Numbered from the stretch's first letter, positions 10,543 to 21,206 are shown. The stretch is DNA of 64,000 bases from Candidatus Micrarchaeia archaeon (GCA_038881595.1 JAVZPM010000001.1:160001-224000), one strand, 5' to 3'. The notes: generated by a model not told the origin, from the letters alone. Numbers and translations are program-made.

Positions 10543-11187
10543 TTAAAATTTAAGGAAAAGAAAAGCTAAAATTCCAGCTACAAGAGTACATATAAAATTC
10601 GATGTACTTTTAGTTCCTAATCCTTTTTCTTCAAATACTCCTGCTATTGAATCAGCTAAACTTCCAAGAAAACCAAAGAATCCTATCAATAATATATTCA
10701 AAGGATTGAAAGAATATACAAAGTACGCCACAACACCTATTATTAAAGAACCAACGAAAGATAGATATGTTCCTAAAATTGAAATTGCTCCAGAAGTACC
10801 TTGCCTTACAGGTTTGAATGTAGCTAATGATATTGGATTCGGGGACAGTACACCTAATTCAGAAGCAAATTTATCTGCCATGGCACCTGCAAAAGCAGAA
10901 ACATAAGATAATATCCATATAGGATCGTTAGTTATATAATAAAATCCGCATGAAATAAGTGGGAATAGTGAATTTGAAAGTACGTTCTGCCAACTTCTTT
11001 CATGTTCATATACTCCTTTCTCTTTCTTTTCTTCATACATATATTTTGTTATCCCAACTCCTATTATCAAAAAAGTTAAAGCTATTATAAGGTTCTGAAT
11101 CGCAAAAGGACCTGAAAGAATATAAACTAAAAATGCTGCTATTAATACTGAAAATATTCCTATTGCATCAAGTAAAAGTAATCTCAT
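10543..11187 (-). CDS. DUF92 (TMEM19/VTE6-like) membrane protein
   Basis: RSWQNVLSN, ADKFASELG, GTSGAISILG and GSLADS motifs. Confidence 0.88.
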   Translation of the reverse strand: MRLLLLDAIGIFSVLIAAFLVYILSGPFAIQNLIIALTFLIIGVGITKYMYEEKKEKGVYEHERSWQNVLSNSLFPLISCGFYYITNDPIWILSYVSAFAGAMADKFASELGVLSPNPISLATFKPVRQGTSGAISILGTYLSFVGSLIIGVVAYFVYSFNPLNILLIGFFGFLGSLADSIAGVFEEKGLGTKSTSNFICTLVAGILAFLFLKF

Positions 11188-11215
11188 AAAACCACTTTGT
11201 ATGAATAATCAATTT

Positions 11216-12229
11216 TTATTTATTCCCTATTCCATCTACAGAGATAATTCCTCTCTCTACTTTAAATTGTTTTCCAGTAAAAAGAGGGATTACATTCATG
11301 CATGATTGCATGTGCTCTGTTATTTTATTAACTTTTATCTCGGATTTCCCAGAAGCTAAAGCCATATATATTAAAAGTTGATCTCCCATCCAATCATCTA
11401 CACAACCTTTTGATTTTATTAACTTGTTTAGATTTTTTGCACAGTTTAAAGCAAGTTTTTCAGCTTTTAAACCTTTTTCACCTAAAACATCATAACCTAA
11501 TATTGTATTTTCATATTCTGCCCAAAGAGTTATAGAATTACCTGCAGAATGTGATATTTTATTTCTTTTATTTAGAATAATACCTGGAAAGATTTCTCTT
11601 ATACTTTCTTCTTCTCTATCCATAATATCTTCAGGAAGGTTTGATTGGGAAATAATTCCGTTTATTGATTTTAGATTTATTTTTTTAGTCAATGATAATG
11701 GATTAATATTAGATGGTTTTACAAAAAGAATCACTTTTCCTCCACCTTTTGGATACCATCCAAACTCTTCTACAAGTATTTCTGCGTTAACATTCATTTT
11801 TCTAATAAGAGGTAAAAATACGTTTTCGAAATAATCAATTGAAGGAGAATGTGAAACATGTGTTCCACCTTTAAAAGATATCTTAGAAGGTCTATCTGCA
11901 TATAACATTACTGGAAGAATTGATTGCATAAGAAGTGAAATAGAACCTGCTGTTCCTATATCAAATTCATAATACCCACCTATTATTTTATTAGGTTTAA
12001 AAAATAGTTCTGTAGAACCTATTACGTTTCCCTGCACTTCTGCTTTTGTAATCAATGAAAGTGAATTTACAGATGTTAGGTGTTGAGGTTGTAAGCCTGG
12101 CTTTGGTCTTTTTGCTCTTATATTTTTTATACTAAACGGAATACCTGTAATACAAGAAAGAGCCAATGCGACCCTTAATATCTGACCTCCTCCTTCACCT
12201 ATAGAGCCGTCTATTATAATCGGATCCAT
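11216..12229 (-). CDS. rtcA: RNA 3'-terminal phosphate cyclase
   Basis: IDGSIGEGGGQILR, RPKPGL.PQH, GTAGS, GGTHV, YPKGGG, DQLL and TEH motifs; AGGTGA RBS upstream. Confidence 0.95.
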   Translation of the reverse strand: MDPIIIDGSIGEGGGQILRVALALSCITGIPFSIKNIRAKRPKPGLQPQHLTSVNSLSLITKAEVQGNVIGSTELFFKPNKIIGGYYEFDIGTAGSISLLMQSILPVMLYADRPSKISFKGGTHVSHSPSIDYFENVFLPLIRKMNVNAEILVEEFGWYPKGGGKVILFVKPSNINPLSLTKKINLKSINGIISQSNLPEDIMDREEESIREIFPGIILNKRNKISHSAGNSITLWAEYENTILGYDVLGEKGLKAEKLALNCAKNLNKLIKSKGCVDDWMGDQLLIYMALASGKSEIKVNKITEHMQSCMNVIPLFTGKQFKVERGIISVDGIGNK

Positions 12230-12253
12230 AAATTTCACCTATAGTGAAAAGAA

Positions 12254-12323
12254 AGAGGCCAGTGCGTTCGCACTGGCGAGGCGACCAATTTGAGGCAGAT
12301 GTACAAAATTCGATGTACCCTCT
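12254..12323 (-). ncRNA. Candidate structured small RNA or 5' leader (~70 nt)
   Basis: GC-rich island in AT-rich intergenic DNA; closing stem AGAGG/CCTCT; hairpins GTACA/TGTAC and GCCAGTGC/GCACTGGC; TTTATAAA box at 12345-12352; T-rich tract downstream. Confidence 0.55.
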
Positions 12324-12520
12324 ATTAGTATAATATCTAAAAGATTTATAAATCTTACTATATTAATCGATTTAATATAAATATTTTTTCTTTTAACCAT
12401 ACTTCCTATACTTCCACTAAAAATTAAAATTAAGAATATAAATAGGCCGACCCTTTCTTCAAGTAAACTTTCTATTTGAAATGTTTTAATAGTTTTAGAA
12501 GAAATTTAATTGGGGATCTG

Positions 12521-13687
12521 ATGGATTTTAAAGTTTTAGCACACCTTTCTAAAAAGAAAGGTTGTGGTGGAAAAAGAGTTGAAGAACCTGAAGGATTCAT
12601 AGTTGAGGAAATTTTTAATGGAAAAAATGTAAAAGAGCTGAATCTTAAAGAAGAGAAAGAAACAGAATATATTACATTTGTATTAAAAAAGAAAAATTAT
12701 ACTACTTATGAAGCACTAAAAACTATATCAGAACGACTTCATATAGAGATAGATAGATTTAGTGTTGCGGGACAAAAGGATAAAAATGCTATAACATATC
12801 AATTAGTTTCTTGCTGGAAAGGTAAAGATATTACATCTCAAAAACTTCTTAATGCGATTAAGGGAGAAGAAAATATAGAAATAGTCAAATTATGGAATAC
12901 AGATTATAAGATCAAGATTGGTGAATTAACTGGAAATAGTTTTACTGTAAGAATTAAAGACGTTGAAAATATAGACAATATTTATGAAATAATGAAAGAT
13001 AATAAAGATAAAATACCTAATTATTTCGGACCGCAGAGGTTTGGAACTAGATCTACGAATGTTAAAGTTGCAAGATATTTATTATTAAAGAATTATGAAG
13101 CTGCAATTAAAAACCTACTTCAAATACCTGAAAATGAAAACATGAATGATGTTGATAATTTGAATAATATTGGTTTATATGAGAAAAAAATCGCTAGATT
13201 TCTTAAAGGTAAGACTGAACCTAAAGACTTTATGCGCGCTTTAAAAATCATTCCTCACTCTATCTTAAAATTAATACTTGAATCATACCAATCATATTTA
13301 TTTAATTTAGAATTAAGTTATAGAATAGAAAACAATTTGCTTGAACCTATGCAAAATGATAAAACTTGTGGCTTTAATAAGTATGGATTTATAGATGTAA
13401 ATATGCCTGGAAATGAAGTTGTTTGTACTCAATTAATCGGATATGATAGTAAACCAAATAACATAACAAAAGACATATTATGGGAAGAAGGTATAGAAAT
13501 TGGTGATTTTAAACTTCGTGAACTTTCTAATGTCAGCTTAAAAGGTTCTTGGCGTCCATTACTTGTCAATGTAAAAGATTTAAATATTAAGAAAGATAAA
13601 AATGAATACGAATTAAAATTTAAACTAACAAAAGGAGCATACGCGACTAGCGCTTTAAGAGAATTTATGGATATAAAAAGAATATAA
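12521..13687 (+). CDS. truD: tRNA pseudouridine(13) synthase
   Basis: FIVEE, AGQKDKNAIT.Q, GELTGNSF, PNYFGPQRFG and GAYATSALRE motifs. Confidence 0.95.
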   Translation: MDFKVLAHLSKKKGCGGKRVEEPEGFIVEEIFNGKNVKELNLKEEKETEYITFVLKKKNYTTYEALKTISERLHIEIDRFSVAGQKDKNAITYQLVSCWKGKDITSQKLLNAIKGEENIEIVKLWNTDYKIKIGELTGNSFTVRIKDVENIDNIYEIMKDNKDKIPNYFGPQRFGTRSTNVKVARYLLLKNYEAAIKNLLQIPENENMNDVDNLNNIGLYEKKIARFLKGKTEPKDFMRALKIIPHSILKLILESYQSYLFNLELSYRIENNLLEPMQNDKTCGFNKYGFIDVNMPGNEVVCTQLIGYDSKPNNITKDILWEEGIEIGDFKLRELSNVSLKGSWRPLLVNVKDLNIKKDKNEYELKFKLTKGAYATSALREFMDIKRI

Positions 13688-13697
13688 GAGGATTAAA

Positions 13698-14879
13698 ATG
13701 AATCTTCAATTCAATAGAATAATAGAATATATTATGATGTTCTTAGTTCTTTTTTTTACTACAACAATGTTATTAATATATCTAAAAAACAGAAAAAAAG
13801 TTAGAGAAACTGCAAAAAGAACTAAATATGAACCTACGGTGAGTTTCATCATTCCTGCATATAATGAAGAAGAAACTATATTAGATACTATAAAATCTGT
13901 TTTGAAATCAGACTATCCAAAAGACAAAATTGAGATTATTGTTGTAAATGATGGATCTACTGATAAAACTGCTGAAGTTGTAAAGACAATTAAAGATAAA
14001 AGAGTTAAATTGATAAATAAGAAAAATAGTGGAAAAGCAGATTCTTTAAACAAAGGAATAGAAAAAGCAAAAGGAGAGATTATCGTAACTTTAGACGCTG
14101 ATTCATATATTGAAAAAGACAGTCTAAGAAAAATGATTTCTTACTTTAAAGATGATGTAGCAGCCGTTACCTCAGCTGTAAAAGTAAAGGAAAGAGAAAA
14201 TATGACTTTTCTTGAGAAGCTCCAAAGATTGGAATATTTATTTACTATATTTAATAGAAGATTATTTGCTATGATTAATGGAGTTTATGTAACACCTGGT
14301 CCGTTTAGTGCTTTCAGAAGAGAAATATTTGATATTGTTGGTGGATTTGACCCTAATAACATAATGGAAGATCAAGAAATCGCATTGAGAATACAGGCTG
14401 CAAATTATAAAATAGAGAGCTGTATGGATGCTGTTGTTTATACTGATGTTCCTAAAGACTTCTCTTCATTCATGAAACAAAGAGAAAGATGGCATCGTGG
14501 TGGATTTAGAAACGTGCTTAAGTATGCATATACTATAAATCCTAAATATGGTGACTTTGGAGTATTTGTAATGTTTTATAGTGTACTATCTATAATTTTA
14601 TTAATTGTTGTTTCTTTAGCTGTGGCTACTGCTGTTTCAAAAGGTAATTTTTTAGTTTTTGACAAACTTCTTCTTACGATAGAACCTATTCATATATTAT
14701 CAGCAATAGTTCTTATTATCACATTAGCATGGACAGTAATTGCACTAAAAGAGATGAAGGAAAATAGAATAAAAAAAAGAGATTTGATAATTTATACTAT
14801 ATTATATTGCTATCTAATAACATTATTTATGTTTATTGCTATATTTAAAGAGCTAAAGGGAGAAAAACAAAGATGGTAA
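13698..14879 (+). CDS. Processive-type GT2 glycosyltransferase (membrane)
   Basis: IIPAYNEE, VNDGSTD, GKA, LDAD, ED and QRERW motifs; flanking TM helices. Confidence 0.92.
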   Translation: MNLQFNRIIEYIMMFLVLFFTTTMLLIYLKNRKKVRETAKRTKYEPTVSFIIPAYNEEETILDTIKSVLKSDYPKDKIEIIVVNDGSTDKTAEVVKTIKDKRVKLINKKNSGKADSLNKGIEKAKGEIIVTLDADSYIEKDSLRKMISYFKDDVAAVTSAVKVKERENMTFLEKLQRLEYLFTIFNRRLFAMINGVYVTPGPFSAFRREIFDIVGGFDPNNIMEDQEIALRIQAANYKIESCMDAVVYTDVPKDFSSFMKQRERWHRGGFRNVLKYAYTINPKYGDFGVFVMFYSVLSIILLIVVSLAVATAVSKGNFLVFDKLLLTIEPIHILSAIVLIITLAWTVIALKEMKENRIKKRDLIIYTILYCYLITLFMFIAIFKELKGEKQRW

Positions 14880-14897
14880 AAGGAAATTGGTGATTTT

Positions 14898-15542
14898 ATG
14901 ACATTGAAGAAATTAGAAAGAAAGATTAGCTGGGACCTATACTTGACTGCTTTTGTTATATCTTTAGTAATATTTAGCATAGGTGTATGGTTTGGATTAC
15001 AAATAGAAAAAACTGTTTATGAGCAAATGATTGAAAAAATTACAAATTTAAATAACCATATTATCGCAGTTGGGAATCTATTACTTCTTGAAAATGATAA
15101 AAGTTATTGTGAGTACATCAAAAGTGAGATTGCTAAATTTGATGAAGAGACATATGAACTTGGAAAACAGATAGAATTTATGGAAGATAGAAGAGGTATA
15201 GATGAAGAAGTTAAAATAAATTATATGGAACTTGAATTTAGAGATTATTTATTAGCTAAAAAAGTAAACCAAATCTGTGGAGAAAAGCAAAATTTAATTT
15301 TATACTTTGTAAATAGTGAAACCTGTCAAAAATGTAAAGAACAGGGAGAAATTATAACATCCGCAAGAACTAAAACAAATACTAAAGTATATACTTTTGA
15401 TCTTTCAATAAACACAAGTTTAGTAAATGCGTTAAAGAAGAGATATGAAATAAGAGATGATTCGTTACCAATAATTATTATAAATGATCAAATTAATTTT
15501 GGTTTTATGAATGAAGAAGAGATAATTTCTAAATTGAATTAA
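14898..15542 (+). CDS. Membrane-anchored protein with C-terminal thioredoxin-like CxxC domain
   Basis: N-terminal TM, helical region, YF...CQKC and cis-Pro-like LPIIII. Confidence 0.6.
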   Translation: MTLKKLERKISWDLYLTAFVISLVIFSIGVWFGLQIEKTVYEQMIEKITNLNNHIIAVGNLLLLENDKSYCEYIKSEIAKFDEETYELGKQIEFMEDRRGIDEEVKINYMELEFRDYLLAKKVNQICGEKQNLILYFVNSETCQKCKEQGEIITSARTKTNTKVYTFDLSINTSLVNALKKRYEIRDDSLPIIIINDQINFGFMNEEEIISKLN

Positions 15543-15561
15543 TTAAGTTACAAAAGGGTTT

Positions 15562-15879
15562 ATGATGAAAGATAGAGTATTAGTAAATATTATGGAAAGA
15601 AATAAGCAAACTGTAATAGCTATATGTGATGAATCAGTATTAGGAAAGAAATACATAGAAGGCGAATTGTGCCTTGATTTGATTAAGTATAAAAAATTTT
15701 ACGAAGGTAAAGTTATAGAAGATGTAAAAGAATTAAAAGAAAAAATTAAATCTGCTTCATCTATAAATATAGTAGGAAAGGAATCGATAAAATTAATGGA
15801 AAATCTTGGATTTGACATAAAAAACTGTAAATACATAGGAAAAGAAAAGATACCGCATTTACAGATATATAGATTATAA
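15562..15879 (+). CDS. DUF424 family protein
   Basis: IAICD..VLGK, FYEG, NIVGKESI and IPHLQ motifs. Confidence 0.85.
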   Translation: MMKDRVLVNIMERNKQTVIAICDESVLGKKYIEGELCLDLIKYKKFYEGKVIEDVKELKEKIKSASSINIVGKESIKLMENLGFDIKNCKYIGKEKIPHLQIYRL

Positions 15880-15883
15880 ATTT

Positions 15884-17047
15884 TTACTTTATTGCTGAAA
15901 TTATTTTAATAACGTCCCCATTATTCAGAATATGATCTTTTCCTATTCTTATTTTTCTCTTTGCGTCTACTGCATATATGAAATTTTTCGCAAGATCTGT
16001 ATGTATCTTTGCTGCAAATTGAAGTGCAGTCGTTCCTTTCTTTACTAATATAGCATCTGGCAGAATATTTCCAAAATTATCCGAAAATTTATTTTCATCA
16101 CTTACAGGATAAACAACTATTAAACCTAAAAAATCAAAAACTGCTTTATTTATTACTTCTTGAACTTTTGTTCCACCGTTTGATTCAATGACTTTTTTTA
16201 TTTTTTCGAGTGCTTGTCTTTGTTGTTCGTTAGCATTTATTATTTCAAAATGATTTTCGCCAGGAGTATATTTAATAATGTTATTTTTGGCAGCTTTCCT
16301 TAAAGCTAGCTCACCATCTGCATAAGTCGGAATTATTAATTTATCTGGAAACTTTTCTTTTAATTTTAGATAATTTTCTCTTGCTCCAGGAATGTCTATT
16401 TTGTTTGCTGCGATTATGATAGGCATTGATTCTTTTTTTATTTCTCTACAAAATTCAAGTATTTGATTATCGCTCCAATTTATTCTTTCTAAAGGAAGAT
16501 TCAATTTCTTTGCTGTTTTTTCTATTTCATCTGCTGATATTTTTAATCCTGATAATATTTCTTGAATTGCTTTTATATCTCTACCTTTGATCTTACTCCA
16601 TCCTCTTTTTATAATACCCTCTATCCAATAAATTAATTCTTCTTCAATAAATATAATTTCTTCACTAGGGTCATAATTCTCAGTTGGATTACCATCTGCA
16701 TCCGTCTTTCCACTTACATCTACTACTTGAATAAGAACATCAGCCGATCTAATATCATCTAAAAAACGATTCCCAAGTCCTTTTCCTTCATGTGCACCTG
16801 GAACTAAACCTGCGATGTCTAATAGATTTATTGGAACAAATCTCTTTCCATTATAGCATTTCCCATTTTTAGGATTACATACTACTCCTAATTCTTTACA
16901 TGGACAATCAACTTCAACATAAGTAATTCCTTTATTAGGATCGATTGTTGTAAATGGACGCGGACTTATTGGAACATCTATTGTTGTTGCTGCAGAAAAG
17001 AAAGTTGATTTTCCACTTGATGGTTTGCCTGTTATTCCTATTAACAT
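15884..17047 (-). CDS. ychF: Obg-family YchF/OLA1-like NTPase with TGS domain
   Basis: GKPSSGKST, PFTTIDPN, DIAGLVPGAHEGKGLGN.FL, ANKID and IHTDL motifs. Confidence 0.93.
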   Translation of the reverse strand: MLIGITGKPSSGKSTFFSAATTIDVPISPRPFTTIDPNKGITYVEVDCPCKELGVVCNPKNGKCYNGKRFVPINLLDIAGLVPGAHEGKGLGNRFLDDIRSADVLIQVVDVSGKTDADGNPTENYDPSEEIIFIEEELIYWIEGIIKRGWSKIKGRDIKAIQEILSGLKISADEIEKTAKKLNLPLERINWSDNQILEFCREIKKESMPIIIAANKIDIPGARENYLKLKEKFPDKLIIPTYADGELALRKAAKNNIIKYTPGENHFEIINANEQQRQALEKIKKVIESNGGTKVQEVINKAVFDFLGLIVVYPVSDENKFSDNFGNILPDAILVKKGTTALQFAAKIHTDLAKNFIYAVDAKRKIRIGKDHILNNGDVIKIISAIK

Positions 17048-17178
17048 TTTATCTCCTTTGTAAATTTATTTCCATTGTTAAAAAGAAATAAAAACATATC
17101 TCATATATATTAATGTGTTTATTAGTGTAATATTTAACTTAATAAATATATGACTAAATATATAAAAACGGTGGTATA

Positions 17179-17706
17179 ATGGATCTTAGCTTTTCAATAA
17201 TAGTTTTTCTTCTCCAAATTTTTATAGGAATACTGTTTGCTATATTATCAGTATACCTTGGTCTTAGATTTTATGATAAAATGACTAAAGGAATAGATGA
17301 AATAAAAGAATTGAAAAAAGGAAATGTTGCGGTTGCAATTATTCTTGCTTCTCTTATACTATCAATAGGTAACATTGTTCAGCAAGGAGTGGCTCAATTC
17401 GATAATGTTCTTCTTCGTGGGGTTTCAATTCCTTTATTCATAATTTCTTTTATAATGGCAATTATACAATTAAGTATTGTTGTTTTAATTGCAATATTGG
17501 CAATTTATGTTGCGATAAGAGTTTTAGACTCGATAACTGTAGGTATAGATGAATTAGGTGAAATAAAGAAAGGTAATATTGCAGTTGCTATAATCGTTGC
17601 TGCTGTTATATATCTTGTATCACTTGTTGTTTCTGGTGCAATAGCAGATATAAACAACCTTTCGATATTTAAACCCGAAATAGTAGCTAGTATGCTTGGA
17701 TTGTAA
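17179..17706 (+). CDS. DUF350-like membrane protein (internally duplicated)
   Basis: Two copies of T.GIDE..E.KKGN.AVAII. Confidence 0.75.
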   Translation: MDLSFSIIVFLLQIFIGILFAILSVYLGLRFYDKMTKGIDEIKELKKGNVAVAIILASLILSIGNIVQQGVAQFDNVLLRGVSIPLFIISFIMAIIQLSIVVLIAILAIYVAIRVLDSITVGIDELGEIKKGNIAVAIIVAAVIYLVSLVVSGAIADINNLSIFKPEIVASMLGL

Positions 17707-17720
17707 CAGCTATTGATTTG

Positions 17721-18152
17721 TTAATGATTTACTAGAATTATTTTTCCATTTTTTGATTCTATTTTTATAAATCCTTTTTTAATAATTATCTCGCCATTTA
17801 TATCTACATTGCACTTAGAAAAAAACGACTTGTTTTCTATACTTGAAGATAATATTAACTCGTTCTTATTTGTAGATATTTTAACTTCTTCAGGAAAATA
17901 AAGATATAAAATGCGTTCATTGCCATCGCCTAGAATACATAATGAATTTATTGAATTTTCTAAATCATTTGAATATTTAGATAACAAAATTTTATTGATT
18001 TCAATTTGGAATTTATTATTGATTTTTATGAAATTTATAAGAAATAAAGAAAGAATAGATAGAAAAATAGCGAAAATTAATAAGAATTCTATAGAAAGTT
18101 GACCTCTTTTATTTCTATCAAAAGATTTTAAATCCCCCACTGCATTCATCAT
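17721..18152 (-). CDS. Class III signal peptide (pilin-like) protein
   Basis: KRG/QLSIEF followed by a hydrophobic stretch. Confidence 0.75.
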   Translation of the reverse strand: MMNAVGDLKSFDRNKRGQLSIEFLLIFAIFLSILSLFLINFIKINNKFQIEINKILLSKYSNDLENSINSLCILGDGNERILYLYFPEEVKISTNKNELILSSSIENKSFFSKCNVDINGEIIIKKGFIKIESKNGKIILVNH

Positions 18153-18153
18153 T

Positions 18154-18408
18154 CTACCATTGATATAAATAAGATATCTCATAGGTTGGTTTAGATGGAG
18201 AAGGTTTAATTGTAGAACCATTCGTAGTTTGTTCTATCTGCTCATATATTTTATCTGAAGTGCTTTGAATTGAGCTGGATGCCTTCTCTGCTGATTCTCG
18301 CATTTTTGATGCAACCAAAAAAACTACACCTAGCAGTATTGCAAGAATTATTATCAACTCTATAGAAAGTTGACCTCTTATACTATTTCTATATTTAGAT
18401 TTTACCAT
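18154..18408 (-). CDS. Small archaeal pilin (class III signal peptide)
   Basis: RG/QLSIEL plus hydrophobic helix; 84 aa. Confidence 0.8.
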   Translation of the reverse strand: MVKSKYRNSIRGQLSIELIIILAILLGVVFLVASKMRESAEKASSSIQSTSDKIYEQIEQTTNGSTIKPSPSKPTYEISYLYQW

Positions 18409-18464
18409 ATTGATATAATAAAAATATTATTTTTAAATCTTTACTTAAGAGTATTGAAAATAGT

Positions 18465-20366
18465 TCATTTCAATCTAATAGAATCCAAATCCATAGGAGC
18501 TCTTGATTCTATTCCTAATGATCTTGAAATTGATGTGGCAAATTCTTCACATTTCTTAGGTTCTCCATGATCAATTAATATTAAAGATGGTTTTGGCTTC
18601 ATGGATTTTATATAATTCATGAGTTGTCTTCTATCGCTATGTCCGCTGAACCCTTCTGCTGTTTCAACTCTTAATTTAACTTGAATAGTTTCTAGCCTAC
18701 CATCTTCTCCTACAACAGCTACTTCTTTTTCTCCTTTTTGTATTTTTCTTCCTAATGAATAATTAGTGTTAAAACCAACAAATATGATAGCATTTTTAGG
18801 ATCTCCTGCAAGTGCTTTAAAATACTCAACAGAAGGTCCACCTGTCATCATTCCAGATGGTGCAAGAATTACACAAGGATCTCCTTCTATTATTTCTTGT
18901 CTATTTCCTTTTACTACTTCAAAAATTGGTGATTCAAATGGACTTTTTCCACTTAAAATCATTCTTTGTAAATTGTCTTTTAGATATTCTGGATAAACGG
19001 TATGAATTGCTGATGCCTCAAGAATCATTCCATCTATATATACTTTAAAGTTTGCCTTATCTGGATTTCTTCTTGCAAATTCTTCAAATACAAGCATTAT
19101 ATCTTGAGACCTTCCTACAGAGAAAACAGGTATCAATACTTTTCCTCCTTTTGCTAAAGTTTCTGTAGTAATTTTTATTACTTTTTCCTCTGCTTGAGGT
19201 CTTGGAGGATGGAAATCTTCTTTTCCTCCATAAGTGCTTTCTAAAATTAATGTTTCAACTCTAGGAAAAGTGTTAACTGCTGGATTTAGAAGTTTTGTAT
19301 GACTGAATTTTATATCTCCACTATAAACTAAATTATGTAAACCATCACTTATATGTAAATGTACTATTGAACTTCCCAAAATATGACCAGAATTGTGTAA
19401 TGTAAGTTTTATTTCAGGACTGATGTCTGTTACTTCTCCGAAATCTCTTGTGATGCAATGTAAAAGTGCTTTTCTTACATCTTTTTCCTCATAAAGAGGA
19501 GTAAGACCTTGTTTTTTCATTACTTTAATGTAATCGAATGTTAATAAAGCCATTAGATCTCTGCTTGGAGGGGTACAATAAATTGGACCGTCGTAACCCA
19601 TTGCAAAGAAATAAGGAATAAAACCACAATGATCTAAATGACTATGGGACAAAACGATTGCATTTATTTCATCAAATGGAATATTTAATGTAGATACATA
19701 AGGATAGAAATCCTTTGCTGTATCGGTTGCTTCAAATTTCAAACCAGCATCCAAAATTATTTTATCATTTGATGTCTCTAAAAAGATGCATGATCTTCCA
19801 ACTTCTTTGAAACCTCCTAATGCGGTTATTTTAATCCATGATGTTTTTTCTGTATTTGAAAATATTCTTTTTCCTGTTTTTAAAAGGAATTTCTTTCTTG
19901 CTTCTGCTTCCTTAAGCATTGTTGATCTTATACTTTTAACTATTTCTGAAGGAAGTGTTGGTGTTCTCAAAACTTTTGGTGACCATCCTGTTGACTTTAT
20001 GATTTCTTTTAATGTAGATCCACCTTTGCCTATAACAAGACCTGGCTTGTATGCTTCTATCCATACTTCATGAAACTCTGGTGAGAATCTTATTTCATTC
20101 ACTCCAGCTTCTGGTTGTATTAATTTTGCGATTGTTTCTTTCGCCTCCTCTGGCTTCATTAATAGATTTGCTGCTGCCCTTATTATCACTTTTTTCTTTA
20201 GAGCGTTCGCTATATCTTTAACTGGGTTGTCGAAGGCGTAAAATTTCTCTATATTATCTATATAGAGAATTATATCTGGGCCTTCTGCCTCTATTTTTGA
20301 TATTGAACAACCAGTTGGAATAAACTGTTCTATCTTTTTTGATATTTCAGAAAGTAAGTTCTGCAT
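18465..20366 (-). CDS. fttA: aCPSF1/FttA KH-beta-CASP ribonuclease (transcription termination factor)
   Basis: N-terminal KH domains (GLVIGKGG), LGGFKEVGRS, SHSHLDH, GHILGS, ESTYG and FSGHSD motifs. Confidence 0.95.
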   Translation of the reverse strand: MQNLLSEISKKIEQFIPTGCSISKIEAEGPDIILYIDNIEKFYAFDNPVKDIANALKKKVIIRAAANLLMKPEEAKETIAKLIQPEAGVNEIRFSPEFHEVWIEAYKPGLVIGKGGSTLKEIIKSTGWSPKVLRTPTLPSEIVKSIRSTMLKEAEARKKFLLKTGKRIFSNTEKTSWIKITALGGFKEVGRSCIFLETSNDKIILDAGLKFEATDTAKDFYPYVSTLNIPFDEINAIVLSHSHLDHCGFIPYFFAMGYDGPIYCTPPSRDLMALLTFDYIKVMKKQGLTPLYEEKDVRKALLHCITRDFGEVTDISPEIKLTLHNSGHILGSSIVHLHISDGLHNLVYSGDIKFSHTKLLNPAVNTFPRVETLILESTYGGKEDFHPPRPQAEEKVIKITTETLAKGGKVLIPVFSVGRSQDIMLVFEEFARRNPDKANFKVYIDGMILEASAIHTVYPEYLKDNLQRMILSGKSPFESPIFEVVKGNRQEIIEGDPCVILAPSGMMTGGPSVEYFKALAGDPKNAIIFVGFNTNYSLGRKIQKGEKEVAVVGEDGRLETIQVKLRVETAEGFSGHSDRRQLMNYIKSMKPKPSLILIDHGEPKKCEEFATSISRSLGIESRAPMDLDSIRLK

Positions 20367-20417
20367 TTTTCACACTTTAGAAAAGTTAAATGAGAGAATA
20401 AAGATAATTAATATTTC

Positions 20418-21071
20418 TTAATATTTTTTCTTCTTTTCTTTTGATTTTTCTAATATTTTTTCAACTTCTTCTGGTTTATATTTTCTTATTCCATCTTTTG
20501 TTATTGCCACGATATCTATTCCACCACCTGATGCTGTGTCTCTTTTCTTTGCTGCGTTTATTGCTCTTGCTACGATTGGTATTGCTTCGTTTATTGTTGT
20601 CTTTTCATAGAGGTCATCTAAAACTGCTTGTGCTGAAAACCAGCCGCTACCACCATAAGCTGTATGATCTTTAACAGGAGTTACAGAACCTGAGGGATCT
20701 AAAGTATATAACTTTGGGGTTCCGTCCTTCTCTACTCCACCTATTATTATAGCTACATAAAAAGGCATGAATTTATACTGATATAATAGATTCTGTAAGA
20801 ATGACACTGCTGCATCCACAGATATAGGTCTTCCTTCTCTTATTCGGAAGAGTCTAAACTCAACTGATAAAATTCTATCTAATGCCTCAAGATCTCCTGC
20901 CAGTCCAGCTGCAGCAAATGCAATGTGTTTTTCAGGTGTCCTTACTTTTTCTATGTCTTCAGATATTACTACCATTCCACCTGCAGTAACTCTTTTTTCT
21001 GCTGCTATAATTATACCATCAGTACACACTACCCCTACAGTGGTTGTACCTGTTTTAATATTAGTGTCCAA
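20418..21071 (-). CDS. psmB: Proteasome beta subunit
   Basis: Short propeptide then KTG/TTTVG; GSG and KRDTASGG motifs; typical position next to aCPSF1. Confidence 0.96.
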   Translation of the reverse strand: MDTNIKTGTTTVGVVCTDGIIIAAEKRVTAGGMVVISEDIEKVRTPEKHIAFAAAGLAGDLEALDRILSVEFRLFRIREGRPISVDAAVSFLQNLLYQYKFMPFYVAIIIGGVEKDGTPKLYTLDPSGSVTPVKDHTAYGGSGWFSAQAVLDDLYEKTTINEAIPIVARAINAAKKRDTASGGGIDIVAITKDGIRKYKPEEVEKILEKSKEKKKKY

Positions 21072-21206
21072 TTAATCACCAAAAGATAGTTTAAAATAAA
21101 AAATATAGTTGTTAGTCGCCCAATTAAATTAGTCTTATTATAATATAAACAGTAGCATATATAAATTTAACGTTAAGAAAGATTTATTACAAAAAAATGG
21201 GATAAG

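Noticed and set aside
18465..21071. aCPSF1-psmB adjacency
   Set aside because: A well-known conserved archaeal gene neighbourhood, not novel.
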